The notes under the pieces are model-generated. The model was given only the letters and a program-made list of their open reading frames with translations. It was not told the origin of the DNA and ran no database searches. From Eledone cirrhosa (taxonomy: Eukaryota): a DNA stretch of 33,935 bases. Positions 13,955 to 26,000 of the stretch are shown piece after piece; position 1 is the first letter of the stretch; every line of letters begins with the position of its first letter. The stretch spans positions 1 through 33,935 of the forward strand of contig CAXHJY010000025.1 in assembly GCA_964016885.1 (NCBI GenBank), in the 5' to 3' direction. The position numbers and the translations under genes are program-made.

Positions 13955-14770
13955 CATACATACATACATACATGTTTGCGTGCATATAAACCTCAGCACA
14001 GTTTCCGTCTACTAAGTTTTACTCGCAAGACAATGGTCAGTGTGAAGCTACATTAAAGACACTTTCCCAATGAGAGGTACAATGAACCCTCAATTATCTG
14101 GTTGTCCACCCATTTCCAAAGTAATTTCAGCATGTATGAGTAAAGTCTTTTCAATATAGCTATTTATTTACAGAGGCAAGAAAAGGAGAATGTGTCTGTG
14201 TGTCTATCTGAGCGTGCGTGTAGTTTTGGGATCTCGCATAATGTGTCGTATGCAATGAAGAAAAAACGCAAGGAGCCATGGCCAATCGAGGCTAAACAAC
14301 AACAGCAGCATTACTACCACCACCACCACTATCACCAACAACAACAGTATAGCATTGGCATAGGATCACAAATATTAGGGTAGAGAACAATTAATTAACC
14401 TTTTCATGACAATATATCTAATGAAATACGTTCTATTTCAATTAATTAATGAACATTTTTGAGAGATTTACTAAAAGTAATAATTATTTCAAAATGTATT
14501 CGTGAGTGAATAATAATAATATAATAATATAATATTCGGTTTGTTTGCAAGCAAACAGCCTCAAACACTACGCCATCCTTTTCTTCTAGCGGTAGCTGAG
14601 AGAAAACAATCGACGATTGTTTCAGAGTTTTTTGCTCCTTATCAATATTGTGTATTCTCGTCACTGCTACCCACTCGAACTGCCGAGAATACATAGTATT
14701 CTCAAATGAATACATCGGCTGATTAGCCTCATTTGCATACCGAGCGATTTTATGGCCGACTTTGCCGAAG

Positions 14771-15087
14771 ATTAAAAAATAAAATTTGTTTCCACTCTTA
14801 ACATGGTGGATACCCAAACGTATTCGTGAGTGAATAATAATATAATAATAATATAATAATAACAATAATAATAATATAATATTATTAACATTCGGTTTGT
14901 TTGCAAGCAAACAGCCTAATAAACACCACGTGTTAGATGACTAACGTCATCCTTTTCTTCTAGCGGTAACTGAGAGAAAACAATAGACAATTGTTTCGAA
15001 GTGTTTTGTTCCTTATCGATATTGTGTATTCTCGTGTATTGTGTATCCACCATGTTAAGAGCGAAAGCAAATTTTGTTTTTTTTAAT
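14771..15087. mobile_element. Putative MITE with ~43-bp imperfect TIRs
   Basis: 14771-14813 is an inverted match to 15043-15087. The interior is partly duplicated at 14496-14661. Confidence 0.55.
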
Positions 15088-15842
15088 AGTTATTTCATTA
15101 TTAAGAAAGTAATATAGTTTTCTTATAAAATGAATTCTAGAATTATATCATCCAATATATCCTTCTTTTAAGATGATAGAGTGTGATTGAATAGAAATTT
15201 GGGTGCTATTTCGAGCAAGTCAAGTAACCATGTAGAAACTATATCGTTGTCTTGTATGTCTGACGGTGTTTAATTTATGTCCCTATACTTCTGAGTTCCA
15301 AATAAAATAAGTATCAGTACAAAAAGAAAGGAATTAACTATTTTGATACCAAACCCACCTCTGGTTCTTTAAAAGCAAAGCCACCAATTTTAAGGGTTAC
15401 TATCTAAATTGATAACCTTCCAACATAATTTTATATAAGAACCATAGATTATTTATTTACATTTAAATTCCTGGCTGATTGATAACGCTTATAAAACATT
15501 TGGTGTAATCGATAGCATTTTCACATGATATATGGAAGGTGTGAGTTCCTAGTCAAAGTTTGATTTGTCTTATTTGCACTACTTGTTTGACTATTTTCAT
15601 AGTAAAAAAAAAACAAAAAAAAAACTTGCGTTACAGCCATTATTAACACTAAAGTTGTTTTAATTTTCGGATGATCGTAACTAGTTCAGTGCTTCTAAAA
15701 ATAGATTATATATATATGTGACTGGTGCTTTGAGAAAACAACACCAAACTTCAGCATTAGCATATAAAAAAAATCGAAATAACAGAAGTAAGCTATATTC
15801 CATCGTTATGTTTTTATGGGTTTTTTTTCTGTTTAAATTCTA

Positions 15843-15901
15843 GCTGTCTGATGAGGCCATAGCTGTTGCATAATAGTTATCACCGAAATATATATAACAG
15901 C
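15843..15901 (+). ncRNA. Type I hammerhead ribozyme in a ~250-bp solo pLTR-like element
   Basis: GCUGU-CUGAUGA-GG cc AUAGCUGUU gcau AAUAGUUAU ca CC-GAAA-UAUAUA-UA/ACAGC. AATAAA downstream, short TA runs on both flanks. Confidence 0.82.
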
Positions 15902-16848
15902 GACTATAAATAAACGAAGTTAATTTTAACCTGTTGACTTGTACTTCTTGTTTATATATTTATATATGCGAAAAGTCAACTAGGAAAAACAATACAGGAG
16001 AACAATACAGTACAATGATGATAAATGTTAATTTAACGCTTGCTATAATACGAAAAGAGTCTTCACGTTTCGAACATAAGCCTATCATCGAAAGATAGAA
16101 TGAGAGATAAGTAGGATAGACGAAAAAAGACTGGGAAGAAAGACATTTTTTTACAAGAGGAAAGCACGCGTGTGTTTAATCAGTCATTTTGAATAAGTGT
16201 GTGCCAGAATGTGACTTAGATATAAGAGAGTATAGATAAGGAAAATAATCATTGTATAGTTTGATTTTTCACGTGTACTTTTCTTTATCTATACAAGTCT
16301 GTGAGGGTATGAAGGTAAGATGTGCATTTGACAATAACATGCTGGCGTGGTTGCTAGATGTGTTAGCGTGCGTGGACATGTAAGCTGACCGACACAGGGA
16401 GTAACAGAGGGTGTCCGGTTGGGTGTGTAGACGTCGTACATGTGTGCGTATGTGTATATTCACATGCACACATGTAAGGACGGTTAGGCATGTATGTACA
16501 CTTGAGCGTACACATACAAGTAAAGGTGATCCTTAGGTGGTACAGAGAAAGAAGGGCGCTGGAACATGCATGCATGTCCCCACGTCCCACCCTCTGGGTT
16601 GTGATATTTCGGCCAGCATGCCTAGACGGTCATTTAATTACATACAACTTTAAAGACTACTACTACAACCAACCACACCAAACTTTCACACAAACATAAT
16701 ACACAATTTTACTATGACTCTTTATTGTTTTTTCCTATGTTATCATAATAACTTCGAAGCAAGTTATTCCTTCATAAAATTATTAAAGTAGAGGCTTTTG
16801 TTATTGTTCATTAACTACCAACCATAAATCACGGCTCAGTAAGATAAT

Positions 16849-17026
16849 TGTTTCTACTTTTTGGCACAAGGCATTACCCAGTGCATTACTGGTACTTTAT
16901 TTTATCGACCCCCGTAAGGATGAAAGGCAAAGTCAACCTCAGCGGGATTTGAACTCAGATCGTTAAGGGACGTAACTATGCTGGAAAGCGTGGCATCCGA
17001 CCCTCTACCGATACTGCCAATCCACT
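16849..17026 (-). mobile_element. tRNA-derived SINE
   Basis: Same family as 7680. 15-bp TSD gctcagtaagataat at 16834-16848 and 17027-17041. Confidence 0.9.
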
Positions 17027-19699
17027 GCTCAGTAAGATAATGAACAAATTGACCAACCTACTAAATCAACAATACAGCTACACATTTGATCAATAAACAA
17101 TCAAATTTAAAATGCCGTTATATGTACATACATTATTGGTGACTGGGTGGTGTATTTATTGTTTAAAGGTGTAATACATGTGTAAAAACTCTGTCGTGTT
17201 GGAAAAGGGGATAGTAAAAATGACTGCGAGAAACGAAAAGAGGAATTACTTTTATGAAGAATATTATTTATCTTCAAATTATGAATAAAATATTTCATTT
17301 TAATAGTTTCTCATTTCGAACTTAAATATTCATCGCTAAACAGACGGGAGTCCATTCCATTATACAATGTTCTTCCCTTTAATATAAAGATAGGTCGTCT
17401 TTTGCGTGAGATTCGGCTGCTATTTCTAGTAACTGTGTGGCGACCTTACTTGGCTCGAAAGTGGTCCGTTTACGCGATTGCTGGTGTCATATCGGACATA
17501 GAAAACCTTTTAGACAGCGTCTCCAAACTAATTTATAATTGATTCATTTAACAATCGGTGTTCATTAAAAAGAAAGAAAGAAACAGCGAGAGAATTCACC
17601 CAGTAATTTGTGGTTTATCAAACGTTTCAATTACTCTACAGATCTGATTAAAGCTAATTAAAACGAACTACAAAACTCCCCTTTTGATTACGATTGCTTT
17701 TTTCGTTTCAACCAGTTAGTTAATAAGTACTTGTTTAAAAAAAAATAGTATTTTCCTCAAATTGAGTGTAGCGGAACGAAACAAAACCTTTCTACGTCTG
17801 TTGTATCTATAATGATTTTTAACATAGGCATAAAACCTCTAATTTGTAGAGAAAGATAGTGTATGTGTGTGTTTGAAGAAGGGGATATAATCAATTATAT
17901 CGATCCCTGTATATGAGTGGTTCACGTTTTATCGACCGCATGACAAAGTTGACACCCATTAGGCGACATGACGTAGTATTTCATGAAATTGGATAGTTTT
18001 AGGGACACCAAGAGAAGTAAAAAAAATATCTTGACAGATGTTTATTTTATTTACTCCGGAACGATGTTATTTGAGCTCAGATCATTAGATACTAACAGGA
18101 GATGCGGTAAAGCAATTGATACTTTTCATTTACAGCGGCAATCCTTTCGCCATCTTGTCCGCGGGTCACTGCTGAGATAATCAGTAGTGTATAGTCTGTG
18201 CTTCCCTGCTTCCTTTCCTCTTTTCTAAATTTTATTGTGGAATAATATTGACAGCATCCCAGGCATTAGTACAGACACACGAAAGGTAATCAGAGGTATC
18301 GATCAGCGGGGTGTGGTTGGAGGTATCAATCAACGGGGTGGGGTCGAAAAGTCCATTAAATCGACTCAATTAACCGACTGATTCTTTTGGAAATTCAGAT
18401 AAGGCTCGACGACAAAATAAATTTAGGGACGACTATTGTAGATTTATAACATTAAATCTCGGATTTGATCCCTTTTTTTGTGGCAACCTTGAGCAAGTAT
18501 CATTTACTATGTTCTCGAATCTACTCATGCTTTGTGAGGGAAATTGAGTAGACGGAAACTGTTTGGAAGCCCATATGAGGGACTGTACCTGTAATTCAAA
18601 GTACCAGTCTTCCTACAGACTGTGTCACGCTGATTCTCCCGGAGATTTACTTTAAGGGTACACGTGTTTGTGGAATGCTCGGCTATCAGTCATTTACACG
18701 TTAATTCCAACAGCAGACTGCTCCGTTGATCTAACGACTGGAAAACCCAATTCTATTTATTCTATTCACATCTAAGATATATTATTAGAATATAGACAAG
18801 CGCTCTATCTCTGGTGAGCTTTACTCTCCAGCTTAACGCTACAAAAATCAATGAAACCTTGTAATTTGTGAAAAGAAAATTTTTTAAAGCTATCATATAA
18901 TAATCATAACCAGGAATGATCACCATTGTTATACCTTTGATTAAATATGCCTGCTCGACAGGGCTGAGATCTGGGGCTAAACAACGACAACCAATGATGT
19001 TTTAATTAATCTAGAAGACATTTTAACTTACTAGGATTTTTTTAACACGCTGACATACATTTACACACAAAAAAAAACACACTCACACATACACATGGTG
19101 TGACGGACCGACAGAAGTCGCTCAAATTTATATATTGAAGCTGAAAATTTAGATCAAGAATTGAACGTGAGATTAGATTCTACTTAGAAATAAAAAAAAA
19201 AAAAGGAAGAAAAAATGTCTTACTTCACCTATTTGCAGTGATTAAGCTGTTAATCTTTCGTAATCCAGCGTGTAGCAAGATTCGTATTTCAACGGTTATT
19301 AGTAGTTTAATCTCTATCTTCAAGGGATCAAATAATACTTAAATCTTAGTCGCCAGAATTGGTTGGATTGTTGTTGTTATTTAGCCCCAGATTAGCCCTG
19401 ATCCGGCACATTTGTAATCACAGGCATTAGGAGTCACAAGGTCCACCCTGAGTGACCCAAAGTGAAGTTATTTTACTGCTAACATAGATACACGTGCACA
19501 CATTTAAAAGAAAGAGACGATCTATTATATTGATTCCAACACTTATTTTATTATCCCTTCAAGAAGGAATAGCCAAAGTCGACCCTAGTAAGATTTTAAC
19601 TTAGAACGTAAAGGGGGTGTAACGAGCTACATGTCATTTTATCCGATTGTGCAGGCTACCCCTTTAATGAAATTATATAACTTCTTTTATGTAATAAAA

Positions 19700-19878
19700 T
19701 TGTTTCTACCTTTGGCACAAGGCCAGCAATTACCCAGTGTATTACTGGTACTTTATTTTATCGACCCCGTTAGGATGAAAGGCAAAGTCAACCTCGGCGG
19801 GATTTGAACTCAGATCGTAAAGGGACGTAACTATGCTGGAAAGCATGGCGTCCGACCCTCTACCGATACTGCCAATCC
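19700..19878 (-). mobile_element. tRNA-derived SINE
   Basis: Same family; B box gagttcaaatccc on the minus strand. Confidence 0.88.
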
Positions 19879-20012
19879 AAATGTTATATAATATTAATAG
19901 GAATCACAGTTGAATGGGTCTTTTGTTAGTTGGCCATATCCATTTCACCAATATCAGTGAGAAAAAAGTACTGGTGACTAACCATAGTTATGAAAACATA
20001 TTTACTTCGTTA

Positions 20013-20126
20013 AACTTTATTTGAAATACTAGTCTTAGTAACTTTATTTGAAATACTAGTCTTAGTAACTTTATTTGAAATACTAGTCTTAGTAACTTTA
20101 TTTGAAATACTAGTCTTAGTAACTTT
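20013..20126. repeat. 27-bp minisatellite, 4 copies
   Basis: aactttatttgaaatactagtcttagt repeated 4.2 times. Confidence 0.95.
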
Positions 20127-20642
20127 CAGAGAAAACAAAAATAATAAAATAAGTTGTGTTGTGACAGCAGAAGGCACTTGGAGCGGCAACGAAGCGGAGC
20201 AATAGCTGCCGATATACATACATATATATATAATTTGTTTTTCTGAACTGCTTTTAAGCAAAACTTCCAGCAGTTGTTTACACAGAAACAGTGATCGAGA
20301 GAGAGAGAGAGGGGGAGAGAGATCTACCTCACTCTTCCATACAGACTTTCTTTTCAATAATCAGAGATGTATAAAATCAGTCGATTGCATTGACAAACAC
20401 TATAATTATCAATCTATCTCTAACACAGAGAAAGAGAGAGACAGACAAATAGACAGAAAAGGGAGGATGGAAATGAAAACAGTTGATTACATAGATACAC
20501 CACTCTAATACATACATACATGCCATGTGTCCTTTTATCTATCATTCTCCCCCTCTCTGTCTAATGCACATATATTTTCTACTTCGCGTAGTTTTTATTT
20601 TTTTATTTTTATATATAAATAAAAACATCAGCCGTCAACCAC

Positions 20643-21422
20643 ACCGGACAACCATGTTGCTTGTTTATTTTCCTATCTTCGATTTGCTTTTATCCTTCTA
20701 TGTTGTTTACTTGTCCCCCTCGCCTTACGCGAATTCTGGTCGCAATAACTTTTTTTAGTTATTGCTCGCTCCAACCTGAGGTATCTGATTTTTAATGCGA
20801 TGAAATACCAATGATGGTCGGAAAATCACTGACGAAGGACTATTTTTATCATATGTAACCCATGTGCAAACCACACAGTATTCTTCTTTCTTCTCATGTG
20901 TTTTATATATATTTATCTCGGCTGCGTTTGTCTGTTTCTCTCTTACTGCTTCCCCGCTCTCTCTGTTTCTCTCACCTTCTTTCGCCCCCTCTGTCAGTTA
21001 CACTTTCTCTCGACTGACCTCTTCCTCACACTTCCACTCACTCACTCTCTGTTTCTCCCCTTCTCACTTCCTCCCGTTTGGCTTGCGTGGGTCTCTTCTT
21101 GCTCACATCTCACACACATCAACACGGTCTGTACCTCTCTCGCTCATGAAATCCACCCAGGTTATGCTTACCGGACAACCATGTTGCTTGTTTATTTTCC
21201 TATCTCGGTTTGCTTTTATCCTTCTATGTTATTTACTTGTCCCCCTCGCCTTACGCGAATTCTGGTCCCAATAACTTTTTTTAGTTATTGCTCGCTCCAA
21301 CCTGAGGTATCTGATTTTTAATGCGATGAAATACCAATGATGGTCGGAAAATCACTGACGAAGGACTATTTTTATCATATGTAACCCATGTGCAACCACG
21401 CAGTATTCTTCTTTCTTCTCAT

Positions 21423-21425
<3 letters not shown>
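20643..21425 (+). mobile_element. Partial tandem repeat (~527-bp period) ending in (TA)n, pLTR-like
   Basis: 20643-20900 is duplicated at 21170-21425. Contains only an orphan CTGACGA. Confidence 0.6.
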
Positions 21426-21486
<61 letters not shown>

Positions 21487-21487
<1 letters not shown>

Positions 21488-21611
21488 AGGAAAAAGTATG
21501 ACCCCGACGGCAGAGCTCAAGCCTTTTTCCTATTACCCACTCTACTACCCTAAGTATTGAGTACTCTGGTGCGTTATGGTCCATCTGGTTCCTTACCACA
21601 TTTCCTTCGTT
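21487..21611 (+). mobile_element. Short (TA)n-flanked insertion with an inverted 5' segment
   Basis: Same family as 23256-23464; 21487-21523 is inverted relative to the body. Confidence 0.75.
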
Positions 21612-21671
21612 ATATATATGATTTCTAAAGAATGAAACAGTTTTAGTCCTGTAGAATCTCATCTATATTAA

Positions 21672-21708
<37 letters not shown>

Positions 21709-21741
21709 TAAATGGAAAACTATATTTATAAAACCATATTT

Positions 21742-21805
21742 ATTTTATTATACACATTTCAAGGGCAACCAAGGCAAATTATGGTGCGGTTTCATCAGAT
21801 AAAAT
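21742..21805 (-). ncRNA. Type I hammerhead ribozyme, related to the 31.9-kb motif
   Basis: AUUUUAU-CUGAUGA-AA..GCACCA/UGGUUGC..UU-GAAA-UGUGUA-UA/AUAAAAU. 12-bp distal stem I extension at 21723-21734 / 21809-21820. Confidence 0.75.
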
Positions 21806-21861
21806 TTTGTTTTATAAATAAATATTGACATACCCGAAAAAAAGACAATATATGATATATA

Positions 21862-21936
21862 TACATACATACATACTTACATTTAAATAAGTGCCGTACT
21901 AAGAGTGAGAAATGAAATTTCGTTTCATTCTATTCC
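21862..21936 (+). mobile_element. 3'-terminal fragment of the 466-bp family
   Basis: catacttacatttaa..gtgcc.tactaagagtgagaaatgaaatttcgttt matches the array end near 26220-26290. Confidence 0.8.
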
Positions 21937-21958
21937 ATATATATATATATATATATAT

Positions 21959-22153
21959 CAGACCTGCCAACCTCTAATAACCAAATTGGGGAGTACCATG
22001 AAAAACAGTACCCCCAAACCGGGAGAAATGAGGCAAAATGGTCAGGTTTTACATAATGAAAGCTATACCCATTTTCACAAGAGAAGACATCTCTCACCCA
22101 CCCCAAAGTGGATGGGAGGTCTCCTCGTCGGACGGGGAGATTTGACAGGTCTT
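21959..22153. mobile_element. CAGACCTG-TIR MITE inserted in (TA)n
   Basis: Homologous to 10731-10916. Confidence 0.8.
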
Positions 22154-22197
22154 ATATATATATATTTAATTAGAAAGTGAACGACACAATATAACTA

Positions 22198-22267
22198 CTC
22201 CATTACCAAAGATTTCTGGATCACAGACGATAATAATATATACGTCTGGATCGTTCGTCAGATAGAG
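22198..22267 (-). ncRNA. Candidate type I hammerhead ribozyme
   Basis: CUCUAU-CUGACGA-ac GAUC CAGACG..CGUCUG u GAUC ca-GAAA-UCUUUGG-UA/AUGGAG. The base of stem II is mismatched. Confidence 0.62.
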
Positions 22268-22385
22268 ATATTATATATATATATATCTATCTATTTCACC
22301 TTACCCCTACTTTCTTTCTATCAACATAACTATAGTGCCCCAGCATGGCCTCAGCCGGATGGTTGGAACAGGTAAAAGAGTAAAG

Positions 22386-22440
<55 letters not shown>

Positions 22441-22449
22441 AATACTTAC

Positions 22450-22480
<31 letters not shown>

Positions 22481-22524
22481 CTAGATTTCTATTACATACA
22501 TAAATATATATATATATATATATA

Positions 22525-22787
22525 CTAGATTTCTATAAGAATATAACATCAATGATCTCAGCAAACAGGTGGGGTAGTTGGCCTTGATAAGCTTCAACCA
22601 AAGCGAAACAAGTCTTGTCGGCTTATCTCCCCTGTTTGCTGAGATCAAAGTGAGTGAATTTGTCACTAATTTAAAACAATAGCTTACGGTCTTCAAAATG
22701 CTTTTAATTAAGCATAAAGGGTATTGCAAAATACATTATATATACATCCATATATATATTGCTATTTCAGAGCTCCAATTCTAATTT
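22525..22787 (+). mobile_element. Distant solo relative of the 310-bp family
   Basis: Shares ttctataag, ggtcttcaaaatg, gctatttcagagc and the terminal ccaatt(t)ctaat with the 310-bp unit, in the same order. Confidence 0.75.
22553..22647 (+). ncRNA. Variant hammerhead with UUGAUAA core (U3-A8) on a long stem I
   Basis: A 17-bp perfect stem tgatctcagcaaacagg/cctgtttgctgagatca encloses UUGAUAA-GCUU caacca AAGC-GAAA-CAAG-UC. Confidence 0.65.
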
Positions 22788-22794
22788 TTATACA

Positions 22795-22826
<32 letters not shown>

Positions 22827-22827
22827 C

Positions 22828-22910
<83 letters not shown>

Positions 22911-22921
22911 CATAAATATAT

Positions 22922-22952
<31 letters not shown>

Positions 22953-22989
22953 CATACATATATATATATACATACATATATATATATAT

Positions 22990-23164
<175 letters not shown>

Positions 23165-23166
23165 TG

Positions 23167-23206
<40 letters not shown>

Positions 23207-23208
23207 TG

Positions 23209-23255
<47 letters not shown>

Positions 23256-23256
<1 letters not shown>

Positions 23257-23464
23257 TAGGAACCAGTAAGACCCCGACAGCTGAGCTCAAGCCGTTTCGA
23301 CGGCTAATTCTGGACTAAATGATTTAGTCCAGAGTTAGCCGTCGAAACGGCTTGAGCTCAGCTGTCGGGGTCTTACTGGTTCCTATTACCCACTCTACTA
23401 CCTCAAGTATTGAGTACTTTGGTGCGTTATGGTCCACCTGGTTCCTTACCACATTTCCTTCGTT
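23256..23464 (+). mobile_element. (TA)n-flanked insertion beginning with a 131-bp fold-back palindrome
   Basis: Arms 23256-23320 and 23322-23386, one mismatch, 1-nt centre. Confidence 0.85.
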
Positions 23465-23470
23465 ATATAC

Positions 23471-23593
<123 letters not shown>

Positions 23594-23839
23594 CATAAAT
23601 GTAAGTATGCATGTATACGTACATACATATATGTATACAGACGTACAGTAGCATGCACATATATATATATATATACATATATATATACATATGCATACAG
23701 GTACACATACATATATGCACGTATCAGTTTAGCAGCGCTAACGTCGCTTTGTTCGTTTGTAAACAAACTGAACAGCCTGAATTTATGCCATACGGTGTTA
23801 AGGCAACCACGTCACCTTTTTGTTCAACACTGACACAGG

Positions 23840-23884
23840 AACGATGTACTAGTTTCAAGCTTGTTAGCTATCATCAGCACCGTT
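23840..23884 (-). ncRNA. Type I hammerhead ribozyme, 466 family
   Basis: Reverse complement of the 25024-25068 motif. Confidence 0.88.
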
Positions 23885-24305
23885 TACCCATCTGCCAGAT
23901 AGTTGAACGTTCGAAAGTATATACTTTCCTTATGAAAATTAACGGCTGAACAGCCTAATTTGCATATTGAGTGAGTTAAATCGGTCAGGCATACCGAAAA
24001 CGATAAATTGAAACAAAATGAAAACGAAATTTCATTTCTCACTCTTAGTATGGCACTTACTTAAATGTAAGTATGCATGTATACGTACATACATATATGT
24101 ATACAGACGTACAGTAGCATGCACATATATATATATATATACATATATACATACATATGCATACAGGTACACATACATATATGCACGTATCAGTTTAGCG
24201 GCGCTAACGTCGCTTTGTTCGTTTGTAAACAAACTGAACAGCCTGAATTTATGCCATACGGTGTTAAGGCAACCACGTCACCTTTTTGTTCAACACTGAC
24301 ACAGG

Positions 24306-24350
24306 AACGATGTACTAGTTTCAAGCTTGTTAGCTATCATCAGCACCGTT
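24306..24350 (-). ncRNA. Type I hammerhead ribozyme, 466 family
   Basis: Reverse complement of the 25024-25068 motif. Confidence 0.88.
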
Positions 24351-25023
24351 TACCCATCTGCCAGATAGTTGAACGTTCGAAAGTATATACTTTCCTTATG
24401 AAAATTAACGGCTGAGCAGCCTAATTTGCATATTGAGTGAGTTAAATCGGTCAGGCATACCGAAAACGATAAATTGAAACAAAATGAAAACGAAATTTCA
24501 TTTCTCACTCTTAGTATGGCACTTACTTAAATGTAAGTATGCATGTATACGTACATACATATATGTATACAGACGTACAGTAGCATGCACATATATATAT
24601 ATATATACATATATATATACAAAAAGGTGACGTGGTTGCCTTAACACCGTATGGCATAAATTCAGGCTGTTCAGTTTGTTTACAAACGAACAAAGCGACG
24701 TTAGCGCCGCTAAACTGATACGTGCATATATGTATGTGTACCTGTATGCATATGTATATATATATGTATATATATATATATATGTGCATGCTACTGTACG
24801 TCTGTATACATATATGTATGTACGTATACATGCATACTTACATTTAAGTAAGTGCCATACTAAGAGTGAGAAATGAAATTTCGTTTTCATTTTGTTTCAA
24901 TTTATCGTTTTCGGTATGCCTGACCGATTTAACTCACTCAATATGCAAATTAGGCTGCTCAGCCGTTAATTTTCATAAGGAAAGTATATACTTTCGAACG
25001 TTCAACTATCTGGCAGATGGGTA

Positions 25024-25068
25024 AACGGTGCTGATGATAGCTAACAAGCTTGAAACTAGTACATCGTT
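25024..25068 (+). ncRNA. Type I hammerhead ribozyme, 466 family
   Basis: AACGGUG-CUGAUGA-U AGCU AACA AGCU U-GAAA-CUAG-UA/CAUCGUU. Stem I extends via CUGGCA/UGUCAG and GUUCAAC/GUUGAAC. Confidence 0.9.
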
Positions 25069-25489
25069 CCTGTGTCAGTGTTGAACAAAAAGGTGACGTG
25101 GTTGCCTTAACACCGTATGGCATAAATTCAGGCTGTTCAGTTTGTTTACAAACGAACAAAGCGACGTTAGCGCCGCTAAACTGATACGTGCATATATGTA
25201 TGTGTACCTGTATGCATATGTATATATATATGTATATATATATATATATGTGCATGCTACTGTACGTCTGTATACATATATGTATGTACGTATACATGCA
25301 TACTTACATTTAAGTAAGTGCCATACTAAGAGTGAGAAATGAAATTTCGTTTTCATTTTGTTTCAATTTATCGTTTTCGGTATGCCTGACCGATTTAACT
25401 CACTCAATATGCAAATTAGGCTGCTCAGCCGTTAATTTTCATAAGGAAAGTATATACTTTCGAACGTTCAACTATCTGGCAGATGGGTA

Positions 25490-25534
25490 AACGGTGCTGA
25501 TGATAGCTAACAAGCTTGAAACTAGTACATCGTT
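25490..25534 (+). ncRNA. Type I hammerhead ribozyme, 466 family
   Basis: Identical motif, +466. Confidence 0.88.
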
Positions 25535-25955
25535 CCTGTGTCAGTGTTGAACAAAAAGGTGACGTGGTTGCCTTAACACCGTATGGCATAAATTCAGGCT
25601 GTTCAGTTTGTTTACAAACGAACAAAGCGACGTTAGCGCCGCTAAACTGATACGTGCATATATGTATGTGTACCTGTATGCATATGTATATATATATGTA
25701 TATATATATATATATGTGCATGCTACTGTACGTCTGTATACATATATGTATGTACGTATACATGCATACTTACATTTAAGTAAGTGCCATACTAAGAGTG
25801 AGAAATGAAATTTCGTTTTCATTTTGTTTCAATTTATCGTTTTCGGTATGCCTGACCGATTTAACTCACTCAATATGCAAATTAGGCTGCTCAGCCGTTA
25901 ATTTTCATAAGGAAAGTATATACTTTCGAACGTTCAACTATCTGGCAGATGGGTA

Positions 25956-26000
25956 AACGGTGCTGATGATAGCTAACAAGCTTGAAACTAGTACATCGTT
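25956..26000 (+). ncRNA. Type I hammerhead ribozyme, 466 family
   Basis: Identical motif, +932. Confidence 0.88.

Noticed and set aside
16060-16095. Minus-strand HHR-like motif UCGAUGA..GAAACGUG
   Set aside because: Core and cleavage triplet are both non-canonical; at best a dead relic.
19218-19340. Possible minus-strand host exon ending at a GTAAG donor
   Set aside because: Stop codons in all three frames and no clear acceptor.
20829-20840. CTGACGAAGGAC in the 527-bp partial tandem (also ~21355)
   Set aside because: No downstream GAAA or stem II partner, so not called a ribozyme.
21618-21650. atgatttctaaagaatgaaac resembling the 310-family stem II
   Set aside because: 5'-truncated core and no stem I; too short to call.
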